Positions 37,994 through 47,845 of a DNA stretch of 64,000 bases are shown here, piece by piece. Each line of letters begins with the position of its first letter. Positions within the stretch are counted from its first letter, which is position 1. The notes beneath the pieces were generated by a model that was given only the letters and a program-made list of their open reading frames with translations, was not told the origin of the DNA and made no database searches. Made by a program: the position numbers and the translations under genes. Source of the stretch: a candidate division WOR-3 bacterium (lineage in GTDB: Bacteria > Hydrothermota > Tepidihabitantia > SM23-42 > JAOAFX01); contig JBDRWI010000003.1 of NCBI GenBank assembly GCA_039802265.1, forward strand, positions 2,072 to 66,071, written 5' to 3'.

Positions 37994-40681
37994 ATGGACT
38001 ATAAAAAATTGGAAAATATTCTTTTAGGTGTTATTTTAATCTTTGCAGGGGGGGTCTATCTATATACCGTTGCACCAACCCTTTCATTCTGGGACTGCGG
38101 TGAATTCATTGCCTCGGCATATACCCTGGCTGTTCCTCATCCACCAGGCACGCCATTTTATGTCCTCTTTGGGCGACTCTGGCTTATAATCATTGGAATC
38201 TTTGCTTCATTTTTACCAATTTCAAAGGAAATTGCCTGGCATATGAATCTTTTGGGAGTCACCTTTACCCTGCTGACTGTATTTCTTGTTTATCGTCTCC
38301 TATTAAAAATTTTTAGACTATGGTCTAAAGGTAATAATCAACTCACACAGATAATAATTGCCTTTGGCACCACCATGATGATTGCCTTTTTTTATACGAT
38401 CTGGGGAAATGCGGTGGAGACCGAGGTCTATGCGGCAGCAAGTTTTGTCTTTGTCCTGATTAATTATCTGGCTATCTTATGGTACGAAAGTGTAAAGATT
38501 GGAAATCCTAAGAATTCATTTCTCTTATTATCTTTCTATCTAATCTTCCTTTCCACCGGTATCCACCTGACGCCCTTTTTAATCTACATTCCAATTTATG
38601 TCTTTATCTTTGTGGTAGAGCGCCGTTATCTAAAAGATATTCTCTTTTTATTACTCGGATTGTTTCAACTGATATTCTTCCCCTTACTGTTTATTCTTCC
38701 GGAGAGTCTCTATACCTTAGGACTTATTCTGTTAGGTTTGATTCTTTTGATTGGAATTGTCCTGCCCATCAATAATCCCCAGAAATACCGGAGTTGGCGA
38801 TTCTTCTGGATTGGTATTTTGGCTGTAGTTGTCGGGATTTCAACCGAATTATACCTGCCCTTACGCTCAAGGAAATTGACTGAACTCTATAAAGATAAAA
38901 GAGTTCAGGAACGTTATCTCAAGGGTGAGAATATTGCCCCGAGGATAAACGAGTGTGAACCTGGTGAGAACTTTGCAGCCTTTGATGGAGTCTTGCACCG
39001 GAGTCAGTATGGTCCTCAGTACCTCCTGCCCCGCAAGACCCAAGAGCAGACCGGCTATAGTGTAATAGAGGGTTATTTCTGGCAGATTGCCCTGTTTATC
39101 CGCTATCTCTCCTGGCAGGTTGCACCCGAAGATATACCCCGCCTCTTACGCGCCTTGATCTTAACAATCTTTTATGGTATGGGGATATGGGGTATGGTTG
39201 AGTTATTCAGAAGGGAAAAGAAAATCTTTATCTTTATGATGGTGATAATGTTTATGCTCACATTTGCAATGGTTGGTTATTTGAATTTGAAATTCTCACC
39301 GAGCGATTCAAATCCCCGGCACCAGGACCGTGAGGTAAGGGAGCGTGACTATTTCTTCCATACCTCAGACTTATACTTTGGTTTATTTGTTGGTATGGGT
39401 TTTTATGCTTTTATTGAGTGGCTAAAAAGAGAGGCGAAGAATAAGCGGGTTGCTTCACTGGGTGCCTACACTGGAATTGTTGTATTCGGAATCATTCCAT
39501 TCTTTACCAATTTCCATCTCAACAATCGCTATGGTAATTTTATTCCCAAGGATTATGGTTATAATATGCTCATCTCGTGTGATGAAGGGGGTGTGGTCTT
39601 TACCAATGGTGATAATGATACATTTCCTTTATGGTTTGTCCAGGAAGTACTGGGAATTCGCCGGGATGTGATTGTAGCAAATCTTTCGCTTATCAATACT
39701 GACTGGTATATAAGACAACTTAAATACTGGGGTGCGCCGATAAATTTCAGTGAATGGGTTATAAAGCGGTTAAGGCCCCAGATGACTCAGGACCGTCGGA
39801 TTATATATGTCAAGGATATAATGATTCGCCACATCATTGCGGTAAATGCCGGTATTGAATTGAAGGACGAGGATTACTTTATTCCTCAGGAGGAGTTTGC
39901 TGCAAAATACCTAAAGGGCTATAAGGGTAAAAGGCCGATCTATTTTGCCTCCACGGTTTCCCAGGAGAATTATAAGGGATTTGAACCATATCTGAGACTT
40001 GAAGGACTGGTCTATCGGGTAGTTGGCGATAGTATTGCTCCACCGAACAATATTGACATCCAGCGCACAAAGAATTTCTTCTATCGTGATTACCGTTATA
40101 CCGGTGTCTTTGAACCCGAAAAACAGGCCCTCCTTGCCACAATTATTGATGACTTTGAAAAGAGAAAGAGAGAGGGTGAGTTTTATAATTTCAAGGTTGT
40201 GAAGGACGAAAATACCGAGCGGCTATACAGCAACTATGCAGCGGGTCTATTCCAGCTCGGACTTGCTCTGCAAAATCTCGGTGATATTAAGGGGACAATC
40301 AATGCGTGGCGCTTTGCAATGCTCTTTGAGCCACCGCAATCCTTTCCGTTTCTGTATAATATTGGACTACTCTATGCCCAGATCGGGATGTTAGATTCAG
40401 CAGAAAGTTATTTTTCCCAGATTGAGACAAAAGACCCCCAGGTTATTTTGAGATTGGGCATGGTCTATCGCTCAATTGGAAAATTTGAAAAGGCCGTTGA
40501 ATGTTTTCAAAGTTTAATAACCCAAAATCCGCGTAATCCGCAAGGGTATATGGGACTTTTATCCACATATCTTGACTGGGGCGATACTACAAATGCAAAA
40601 AGGATTCTGGAAGAGTGGATAAGAATGAATCCGCATGATACAAGTGCGTTGAATATCTTAAAAGAGATCAGCGGGAAATGA
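37994..40681 (+). CDS. DUF2723 (TMEM260-like GT-C glycosyltransferase) + TPR protein
   Basis: FWDCGEF, VPHPPGTP, ETEVY, RERDYF and FTNGDNDTFPLW; C-terminal TPRs; ATG 37994 follows AGGAGG. Confidence 0.9.
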   Translation: MDYKKLENILLGVILIFAGGVYLYTVAPTLSFWDCGEFIASAYTLAVPHPPGTPFYVLFGRLWLIIIGIFASFLPISKEIAWHMNLLGVTFTLLTVFLVYRLLLKIFRLWSKGNNQLTQIIIAFGTTMMIAFFYTIWGNAVETEVYAAASFVFVLINYLAILWYESVKIGNPKNSFLLLSFYLIFLSTGIHLTPFLIYIPIYVFIFVVERRYLKDILFLLLGLFQLIFFPLLFILPESLYTLGLILLGLILLIGIVLPINNPQKYRSWRFFWIGILAVVVGISTELYLPLRSRKLTELYKDKRVQERYLKGENIAPRINECEPGENFAAFDGVLHRSQYGPQYLLPRKTQEQTGYSVIEGYFWQIALFIRYLSWQVAPEDIPRLLRALILTIFYGMGIWGMVELFRREKKIFIFMMVIMFMLTFAMVGYLNLKFSPSDSNPRHQDREVRERDYFFHTSDLYFGLFVGMGFYAFIEWLKREAKNKRVASLGAYTGIVVFGIIPFFTNFHLNNRYGNFIPKDYGYNMLISCDEGGVVFTNGDNDTFPLWFVQEVLGIRRDVIVANLSLINTDWYIRQLKYWGAPINFSEWVIKRLRPQMTQDRRIIYVKDIMIRHIIAVNAGIELKDEDYFIPQEEFAAKYLKGYKGKRPIYFASTVSQENYKGFEPYLRLEGLVYRVVGDSIAPPNNIDIQRTKNFFYRDYRYTGVFEPEKQALLATIIDDFEKRKREGEFYNFKVVKDENTERLYSNYAAGLFQLGLALQNLGDIKGTINAWRFAMLFEPPQSFPFLYNIGLLYAQIGMLDSAESYFSQIETKDPQVILRLGMVYRSIGKFEKAVECFQSLITQNPRNPQGYMGLLSTYLDWGDTTNAKRILEEWIRMNPHDTSALNILKEISGK

Positions 40682-41631
40682 AGGCGATTGTCTTATATTC
40701 AGGTGGTCTTGATTCAACCCTTGCCCTGAAACTCATAAAAGAGCAGGGTGCGGAGGTCTTTCCTCTTTTTATCCGCCATCAATTCCTCCCTGAATCTCAC
40801 TTACCAAAACTGAAAAATCTCAAGACTATTGATGTCACTGAAGAGATGATTGAAATTGTAAAAAGTCCCCATTATGGCTATGGCAAAAACCTTAATCCAT
40901 GTATTGACTGCCGGATATTGATGCTCCAGAAAGCAAAGAGGTATTTAACCGAATTAAAGGCTGATTTTGTCGTGACCGGTGAGGTCCTTGATCAGCGACC
41001 GATGTCACAGCGAATGGAAATTCTGATGCTGATTGAAAAGAAGGCCGGACTTGAGGGCCTGGTTGTGCGACCATTGAGTGGAGGTTTATTACCACCAACA
41101 ATTCCAGAAAAGAAGGGATTGATAGATAGAGGAAAATTGTTAAAGCTCCGGGGGAGGTCAAGGAGGATTGAACTTGCCCTGGCAAAAGAAAAAAATATAA
41201 AAGAATTCTTTTCTCCGGGCGGGGGTTGCCTTTTAACCGATACCGGATTCTCCCGCCGGCTGGCTGACCTGATGCGCTATGAAGGTGAGATTACACCCGA
41301 AGATATTCATCTTTTGAAATTAGGACGCCATTTCCGTCTCGGACCCAATACCCGCTTGGTTGTGGGACGAGAAGAGGAGGAGAACAAGAAACTGGAAAAA
41401 CTACTTAATTCAAAGGCTGTCCTTCTTTATGTCCCCAATACCGGCAGCCCCAATGCCCTACTTTTAGGTAGTAGAGATCTATTAAAGACGGCAGCCCGGG
41501 TAATAGCCCGGTATAGTGATAAAAGAAAAGAATCCATTGTTGAGGTATGCTACAAAGAGAAGGGGAAGATAAATAAAGTGAAGGTGCAGCCCTGTACTGA
41601 TGAAGAACTTAATAAATGGAGGGTTACCTGA
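40678..41631 (+). CDS. PP-loop tRNA sulfurtransferase-like protein (ThiI/MnmA-related) with DUF814-like tail
   Basis: SGGLDS, NPCIDCR, GEVLDQRPMSQ, GGCLLTD and GRHFRL. Confidence 0.82.
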   Translation: MKAIVLYSGGLDSTLALKLIKEQGAEVFPLFIRHQFLPESHLPKLKNLKTIDVTEEMIEIVKSPHYGYGKNLNPCIDCRILMLQKAKRYLTELKADFVVTGEVLDQRPMSQRMEILMLIEKKAGLEGLVVRPLSGGLLPPTIPEKKGLIDRGKLLKLRGRSRRIELALAKEKNIKEFFSPGGGCLLTDTGFSRRLADLMRYEGEITPEDIHLLKLGRHFRLGPNTRLVVGREEEENKKLEKLLNSKAVLLYVPNTGSPNALLLGSRDLLKTAARVIARYSDKRKESIVEVCYKEKGKINKVKVQPCTDEELNKWRVT

Positions 41632-41633
41632 TT

Positions 41634-42113
41634 ATGAAAAGATTGTGGGCACCCTGGCGTGTGGAATATATCCGCAGTCCCTCAAGGGGATGTTTCCTCT
41701 GTGAGGCATTAAGGGAGAAAGATGCAGAAAGGGTCTTTGTCCTGGAGAACGGCACGAAGGCATTTACCATTATGAACCGCTATCCATATAACAATGGCCA
41801 TTTGCTGGTCGCACCAATCAGACACATCGGTTCAATTGAAGAACTAAATGATGATGAGGTACTTGATATCCATCGGTTGATTTTAAGGGCAATAAAGGTA
41901 ATGGAAGTCGTAATCAAACCCGCTGGATTTAATGTTGGCATAAATCAAGGCTCGGTTGCCGGTGCCGGTCTTGTTGACCACATTCACGTTCATTTAGTTC
42001 CCCGCTGGCCCGGTGATACAAATTTTATGCCCATTATCGGTGAGACAAAGGTCATTTCTGAAGGCCTTAAAGAGACCTATAACAAAATCAAAAAAGGACT
42101 CCAGGAACTTTAA
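41634..42113 (+). CDS. HIT family protein (Ap4A phosphorylase/hydrolase-like)
   Basis: LWAPWR, NRYPYNNGH and HIHVHLVPRW. Confidence 0.9.
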   Translation: MKRLWAPWRVEYIRSPSRGCFLCEALREKDAERVFVLENGTKAFTIMNRYPYNNGHLLVAPIRHIGSIEELNDDEVLDIHRLILRAIKVMEVVIKPAGFNVGINQGSVAGAGLVDHIHVHLVPRWPGDTNFMPIIGETKVISEGLKETYNKIKKGLQEL

Positions 42114-42206
42114 AAATTTGCCACATTTTGCTTCTCAAACCGACAAACGATGATTAAAATCTATGTATTTGAATTTCAAAAATTCTGAATGGACCTTCAA
42201 GATTAT

Positions 42207-42275
42207 CCTCTCCCTTTATAAGGGAGAGGGCAGGGATGAGGGTTGGGGTTTCAGGGGCTTGCCCCTGATGTAATC
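42207..42275. repeat. Composite palindromic repeat (CCCTCTCCC...GGGAGAGGG type plus CAGGGG...CCCCTG type)
   Basis: CCTCTCCCTTTATAAGGGAGAGGGCAGGGATGAGGG followed by GGGGTTTCAGGGGCTTGCCCCTGATG; both have relatives at 43193-43504. Confidence 0.75.
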
Positions 42276-42287
42276 CTGTGAGGAATA

Positions 42288-42860
42288 ATGTTAATCTTCG
42301 GTCTTGGCAACCCGGGTTTGAAATATCGCTGGACAAGGCATAATACCGGGTTTTTGTTTCTTGATTTCCTGGCAAAAAAATATAAGAAAAGATTCTGCAA
42401 ATTTGAAGATTATGCACAGACGATAATAAGGATAGATGGAAAAGAAATAAAGTTAATAAAACCGCTTTTATTTATGAACCACTCCGGCATCGCTGTTTCT
42501 CGCATTCTTGAAAAAAATCCTGACGCATTCATTATTATCCTTGATGATATAAACCTCCCCCTGGGTAGGATGAGATTTCGTGCCAAAGGCAGTGATGGTG
42601 GGCATCTCGGCTTAAGGTCAATTATTGAGGCATTGAATACTACAGACTTTCCGAGATTGCGCATCGGCATTGCGAATGAGGATTCCATTGCCCGAAGAAT
42701 AGACTCTGCAGATTTTGTTTTGAGTCCATTTGACCGCGCTGAAAGAGAAATTATCAAACTGGTTATGGAAAAGGCAATAGAAGGAATTGAAATTTTTTTA
42801 ACCCAGGGTTTGGAGAGGGCGCAGAACTTCATAAATGCAGTCAAGGTCACCGGAGGTTAA
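42288..42860 (+). CDS. pth: Peptidyl-tRNA hydrolase
   Basis: GLGNPG, TRHNTGF, FMNHSG, GSDGGHLG and RLRIGI. Confidence 0.95.
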   Translation: MLIFGLGNPGLKYRWTRHNTGFLFLDFLAKKYKKRFCKFEDYAQTIIRIDGKEIKLIKPLLFMNHSGIAVSRILEKNPDAFIIILDDINLPLGRMRFRAKGSDGGHLGLRSIIEALNTTDFPRLRIGIANEDSIARRIDSADFVLSPFDRAEREIIKLVMEKAIEGIEIFLTQGLERAQNFINAVKVTGG

Positions 42861-42919
42861 CGGCTATTATCTTTTGAAAAATTCGCTCCCCTTGGTATCT
42901 CTTCTGGTAATGGGTAAGA

Positions 42920-43075
42920 GGCTGTGTAGCAATGTCATTGCGAGGAAATGAAATTAAAAGCAATCTCATCTTTGCAAATTGCTAACAGCCAATCGCTAAT
43001 GGCTAGATAATGAGATTGCCGCACCCCTCGCTTTGCTCAGGGTTCGCAATGACAAAATGGAGTTATGACACAGCC
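42920..43075. mobile_element. MITE-like nested palindromic element
   Basis: Outer IR GGCTGTGT / ACACAGCC; inner GTCATTGCGA / TCGCAATGAC; innermost GCAATCTCAT / ATGAGATTGC. No transposase. Confidence 0.6.
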
Positions 43076-43192
43076 GCTAAATGGTCACACTATTTTTCAG
43101 GTAATAGTTTAGTTTTCCTAAATTTTTTCTTCGCACATTCCCCTCCCTTATTGAGAGTGGATAAAGGGAAGGGTGAAATTTCGACATTTTTA

Positions 43193-43504
43193 CCCCTCAC
43201 CCTTACCCTCTCCCCCAAAGGGGAGAGGGTTTTTGGGGAAAAACTTAACTATTACTTTTTCAGATTTATGGGTTTTAGATTTATTGTATTGGAATTTGAA
43301 AAAATTCCAATACAAGAATAATGAAAATTTTCATTATAGAAAAGAATATGGACAAGATACATCTGGGATTTCTAAAAGTTCGCTGGAAAGTGCACAACTT
43401 TAAGATGGAGCGTCTCTGGGGGTTTCAGGGGTTCTCCCCTGATGTATCTTGTATGAATTTCAATAATTGTGAGGGTTAGGGTTTCATAGGTGAAACCCCT
43501 GATG
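43193..43504. repeat. Cluster of palindromic repeats
   Basis: CCCCTCACCCTTACCCTCTCCCCCAAAGGGGAGAGGG (43193-43229); GGGGTTTCAGGGGTTCTCCCCTGATG (from 43419); GGGTTTCATAGGTGAAACCCCTGATG (43479-43504). Confidence 0.75.
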
Positions 43505-43515
43505 ATGTTCAAAAT

Positions 43516-43546
43516 TGGTATCGGAATTTTTCAAATTCCGATACCA
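43516..43546 (-). terminator. Perfect 14 bp hairpin downstream of ppdK
   Basis: TGGTATCGGAATTT-ttc-AAATTCCGATACCA, followed by a short U run on the minus strand. Confidence 0.65.
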
Positions 43547-43586
43547 TAAAATTCCTAAGAATTAACTCCAGTTTACGGGCAGTTCT

Positions 43587-46328
43587 TTACTTGTTTTTTC
43601 CCTTATGAGATTTGTAAAGGACATTTGCCTGGGCTGCCGCAAGCCTTGCAATTGGCACCCTGAAAGGCGAACAGGAGACATAGTCCATTCCAACCCGGTG
43701 GCAGAAGTGGATTGAATCCGGGTCACCACCATGCTCGCCACAGATTCCAATCTCAAGGTCCTTTCTTGCCTTGCGTCCGCGCTTAATCCCCATATCTATC
43801 AGCTCGCCAATTCCCCTCTGGTCAATGGACTGGAATGGGTCTTTGGGGAGAATGCCTTTCTTTATGTAATCGGGTAAAAATCCACCGATATCATCCCGGG
43901 AGAATCCAAATCCCATCTGGGTTAAATCATTTGTGCCATAAGAGAAGAACTGGGCAACAGTAGCAATCTCATCGGCAACGATGCAGGCGCGGGGAATCTC
44001 AATCATCGTGCCATACATATATTTTATCTTCTTGAGGTTATATTTCTTTAAAACCTCTTTGTAGACCCTCTCCACAATAACTACCTGGTCTTTCAATTCG
44101 TTCACCTCACCCACGACCGGCACCATTATCTCCGGATACGGCTTCTTTCCCTCTTTTATCAGTTCTGCAGCCGCCTCAAAAATTGCCCGAACCTGCATCT
44201 CACTCACTTCCGGGTAGGTAATACCCAGACGGACTCCGCGGTGACCCATCATTGGATTTGATTCATGGAGCATATCCGCACGTTCATTCAATTCTTCAAT
44301 TGTGATATTCAATTCCTGGGCAAGTCTTTCCCTTTTATCTGGTTCATTGGGGACAAATTCATGTAAGGGTGGGTCTAAAAGACGAATCACTACCGGAAAG
44401 CCGTCCATTGCCTCAAGGACACCCTTTATGTCATTCTTTACATAGGGAAACAACTCATCCAGTGCCTTACGCCTTTCTTCCTCGTTTTTTGACATAATCA
44501 TCTTGCGCAATAAGAATAAGGGCTCTTCTGAACCCTTGCCATAGAACATATGTTCGGTCCTCATCAGCCCGATACCACAGGCACCAAATTTCCTGGCACG
44601 CTGGGCATCTGCAGGGGTATCCGCATTTGCCCGAATACCTAATCTCTTTACTGAATCGCAGACCTTTAAGAACTCCATAAGTAAAACATTCTCTTCAGCG
44701 GATGCCATCATCGGCAACTGCCCTTCATAGACATTTCCCTTTGTTCCATTCAGAGTCAGCCAGTCTCCTTCTTTGAATACCTTATCTCCAATTCTCAGGG
44801 TCTTATCTTCGTAGTCAATCTGTAACGCGCCACAGCCAACAATACAGCATTTCCCCCAGCCCCGGGCAACCAGTGCCGCATGAGAGGTCATCCCACCCCG
44901 GGCAGTCAGAATTGCCTGGGCAGCCCGCATACCATCAACATCCTCAGGATTTGTCTCCTCCCGAACCAGGATAACCCTTTTACCCTGTTTTGACCATTCC
45001 ACTGCATCCTTTGCGGTAAATACAATCTGACCGTTTGCCCCACCGGGTCCAGCAGGTAAACCTCTGGCAATAGGTCTTGCCTTCATCTCTGCCTTTGGAT
45101 CAATCATTGGATGGAGCAGTTCATCAAGTTGTGCTGGTGTGACCCGCATCACTGCTTCTTCCTTGGTAATCAACCCCTCTTTCAACATATCCATTGCCAT
45201 CTTTACTGCTGCCGGTCCGTTTCTCTTCCCCACTCGGCACTGGAGCATATAGAGTATTCCCCGCTCAATTGTAAATTCAATGTCAAGCATATCCCGATAA
45301 TGACGCTCCAGTTTCTTCTGATAATTGTAGAGTTCTTTATAAATCTCAGGCATTGCCTTTTCAAGTGAAACGAGGTCCTTGTTATGTTCACTCTTTGAAT
45401 ATTCATTCACGGGTGCAGGTGTTCTGATTCCTGCTACTACATCTTCACCCTGGGCATTTATTAGATACTCACCATAAAACTCATTTTCGCCATTCCCAGG
45501 ATTGCGGGTAAATCCAACACCGGTTGCGGAATCCTCACCCATATTGCCAAAGACCATTGCCTGGACACTACAGGCAGTTCCCCAGTCATCCGGAATTCCT
45601 TCAATCCTTCTATAGGCAACCGCCCTTTTTCCATTCCAGGAGGCAAAGACCGCCTTTATCCCTCCCCAGAGCTGTTCATTATGGTCATCGGGAAATTCCC
45701 TGCCCAGCACTTCTTTTACTTTACTCTTAAATAATTTACAGAGTTCCTTCAAATCATCAGCGGTAAGTTCTGTATCACTTCTATATCCTTTTTCCTCTTT
45801 CATCCTTTCCATTATCTTTTCCAGTTGCCGCCGGATACCAGACTCGTCATCCTTTGGTTCAATGCCCCCGGCCTTTTCCATTACTACATCAGAATACATC
45901 ATAATCAATCGGCGATAGGCATCATAGACAAAACGTTCATTACCGCCACTCTGTTTTATCAAACCCGGGATTGTCTTTTCCGTTAGTCCGATATTCAAGA
46001 CCGTCTCCATCATTCCCGGCATTGATGCCCTTGCACCCGAACGAACCGAGACCAGGAGTGGATTTTGCGGGTCACCAAACTTCCTGCCCAGTAACTTCTC
46101 CATCCGCTCCATTGCCTTTTTTACCTGTGTTTTTAATTCCTTGGGTAGTCTCCTTTCATTCTTGTAGTAATAGTTACACACCTCGGTGGTAATTGTAAAA
46201 CCGGGTGGAACCCTTATTCCGAGATTTGTCATCTCAGCAAGGTTTGCACCCTTACCACCCAATAGATTTTTCATATTCGCCGAACCATCAGCCCTTCTCC
46301 CACCAAAGTTATAGACCAATTTCTTCAT
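43587..46328 (-). CDS. ppdK: Pyruvate, phosphate dikinase
   Basis: LGGKGANL, SVRSGARASMPGMM, GMTSHAA (phospho-His), SYGTNDLTQ and GICGEHGG. Confidence 0.98.
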   Translation of the reverse strand: MKKLVYNFGGRRADGSANMKNLLGGKGANLAEMTNLGIRVPPGFTITTEVCNYYYKNERRLPKELKTQVKKAMERMEKLLGRKFGDPQNPLLVSVRSGARASMPGMMETVLNIGLTEKTIPGLIKQSGGNERFVYDAYRRLIMMYSDVVMEKAGGIEPKDDESGIRRQLEKIMERMKEEKGYRSDTELTADDLKELCKLFKSKVKEVLGREFPDDHNEQLWGGIKAVFASWNGKRAVAYRRIEGIPDDWGTACSVQAMVFGNMGEDSATGVGFTRNPGNGENEFYGEYLINAQGEDVVAGIRTPAPVNEYSKSEHNKDLVSLEKAMPEIYKELYNYQKKLERHYRDMLDIEFTIERGILYMLQCRVGKRNGPAAVKMAMDMLKEGLITKEEAVMRVTPAQLDELLHPMIDPKAEMKARPIARGLPAGPGGANGQIVFTAKDAVEWSKQGKRVILVREETNPEDVDGMRAAQAILTARGGMTSHAALVARGWGKCCIVGCGALQIDYEDKTLRIGDKVFKEGDWLTLNGTKGNVYEGQLPMMASAEENVLLMEFLKVCDSVKRLGIRANADTPADAQRARKFGACGIGLMRTEHMFYGKGSEEPLFLLRKMIMSKNEEERRKALDELFPYVKNDIKGVLEAMDGFPVVIRLLDPPLHEFVPNEPDKRERLAQELNITIEELNERADMLHESNPMMGHRGVRLGITYPEVSEMQVRAIFEAAAELIKEGKKPYPEIMVPVVGEVNELKDQVVIVERVYKEVLKKYNLKKIKYMYGTMIEIPRACIVADEIATVAQFFSYGTNDLTQMGFGFSRDDIGGFLPDYIKKGILPKDPFQSIDQRGIGELIDMGIKRGRKARKDLEIGICGEHGGDPDSIHFCHRVGMDYVSCSPFRVPIARLAAAQANVLYKSHKGKNK

Positions 46329-46346
46329 TCTACTCCTTTCAATCTT

Positions 46347-47669
46347 TTACCTTTTAATTCTGGCAACGATTTTCTTTATTAAATCTTTGAGCACCTGCCC
46401 ATTCCTTTCCTTTAACTCATAATTTACTTTAATTGCCGGTTTATTGAGTTTTAAAAACTTTCTCAGGTCCACCGGGGTGGCAATAATAACAATATCCCCC
46501 GGGGTCCTATTGATACTCCTCTGCAACTCATAGATCTGACTCTTTGAATAGCCCAAGGCCGGAATCAAAGGACCGATCTGGGGATAGATATTAAAAGCCC
46601 TCTTTATTGAACCAACCACATAAGGCCTCGGGTCAATAATACTCTTTGCCTTAAATTTTTTTGCCGCAATCACACCGGCTCCGAATGACATTTCACCGTG
46701 GGTCAGAGTTGGACCATCTTCAACCACAACCGCTCTTTTATTACGGATCAATTCCGGTCTATCCACATAAATTGGTGATTCTCCTTCAATGATTATTGCC
46801 CGATTATTCAGTTTATGAATATTTTCCTTTAATAACTCAATATTCTTTCTGGGTGCTGTATCAACCTTATTTATTATAACCACATCTGCCAGTCGCACAT
46901 TTGCCTCACCCGGATGGTATGAACTCTCATTGCCAACCCGAAATGGGTCAACGACAACAATATGCAGGTCGGATTCATAAAATGGCAGGTCGTTATTACC
47001 CCCATCCCATACAATTATGTCAGAAATCGCCTCTGCCGCTTTCAGGATTTTTGCATAATCAACACCGGCAAAGACCGTATTCCCGCGCCGAATATGGGGT
47101 TCATACTCCTCCCTCTCTTCAATCGTGCACTGATATCTATCAAGGTCGGACATTGTAGAAAATCGCTGAATTACCTGTTTCCTTAAATCGCCATAAGGCA
47201 TCGGATGTCGGACAACCGAGAAGCGAGCCTTCAATTCGTTAAGGATATCACAAACCCGGCGGGTTGTTTGACTTTTACCAGAGCCAGTCCTTGCTGCACA
47301 GATAGATATTATCTTACATTTTGATTTTAACATTGAGGAACGGGGTCCCAAAAGCCAGAAGTCAGCACCCGCGGCCATTGCCTCTGATGCCTTGTGCATG
47401 ACATAATTATGCGAAATATCGGAATAGGAAAAGACGACTATGTCAATCTTATATCTTTTTATTAAATGGGTCAACTTGCTTTCGGAAAAGATAGGAATCC
47501 CCTTTGGATATCCCTTCCCTGCCAGTTCCTTGGGATATTTCCTATCTTCAATATTGGGAATCTGGGTGGCAGTGAAACAAATTACCTTATATTCAGGATT
47601 GTTCTTAAAGAAAATATTAAAATTATGAAAATCCCTTCCGGCCGCACCCATAATAAGAACTCTTTTCAC
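46347..47669 (-). CDS. COG2403 P-loop protein (cDPG-synthetase-like annotation; ArcE arginine synthetase-like)
   Basis: IMGAAGRDFHNFN, RTGSGKSQT, RHPMPYG, TIEEREEYE, WDGGNND and VEDGPTLTHG. Confidence 0.85.
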   Translation of the reverse strand: MKRVLIMGAAGRDFHNFNIFFKNNPEYKVICFTATQIPNIEDRKYPKELAGKGYPKGIPIFSESKLTHLIKRYKIDIVVFSYSDISHNYVMHKASEAMAAGADFWLLGPRSSMLKSKCKIISICAARTGSGKSQTTRRVCDILNELKARFSVVRHPMPYGDLRKQVIQRFSTMSDLDRYQCTIEEREEYEPHIRRGNTVFAGVDYAKILKAAEAISDIIVWDGGNNDLPFYESDLHIVVVDPFRVGNESSYHPGEANVRLADVVIINKVDTAPRKNIELLKENIHKLNNRAIIIEGESPIYVDRPELIRNKRAVVVEDGPTLTHGEMSFGAGVIAAKKFKAKSIIDPRPYVVGSIKRAFNIYPQIGPLIPALGYSKSQIYELQRSINRTPGDIVIIATPVDLRKFLKLNKPAIKVNYELKERNGQVLKDLIKKIVARIKR

Positions 47670-47817
47670 ATAAACCTCCTGATTCAGTTAATCAACCGTT
47701 AGTCCTTCTTATCTCCCTGCAAAACTTAATTTCATAACCAATTTTAGGGTAGGAGAGAGATTTCTCTACCCATTATTAGGAGTTTCACCCAAATAATGGA
47801 TTGAATAAGGATGTTAT

Positions 47818-47845
47818 ATTATATCCAAAATGGGTAAAATGTCAA
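47818..47845 (-). promoter_or_regulatory. Sigma70-type promoter upstream of the COG2403-ppdK pair
   Basis: Minus strand TTGACA, 16 nt, TATAAT; about 140 nt leader ending in AGGAGG and a GTG start. Confidence 0.65.

Noticed and set aside
43010-43403. ORFs 43010..43321 and 43173..43403
   Set aside because: They are translations of palindromic repeats (for example PLTLTLSPKGER) with no RBS or protein family signal.
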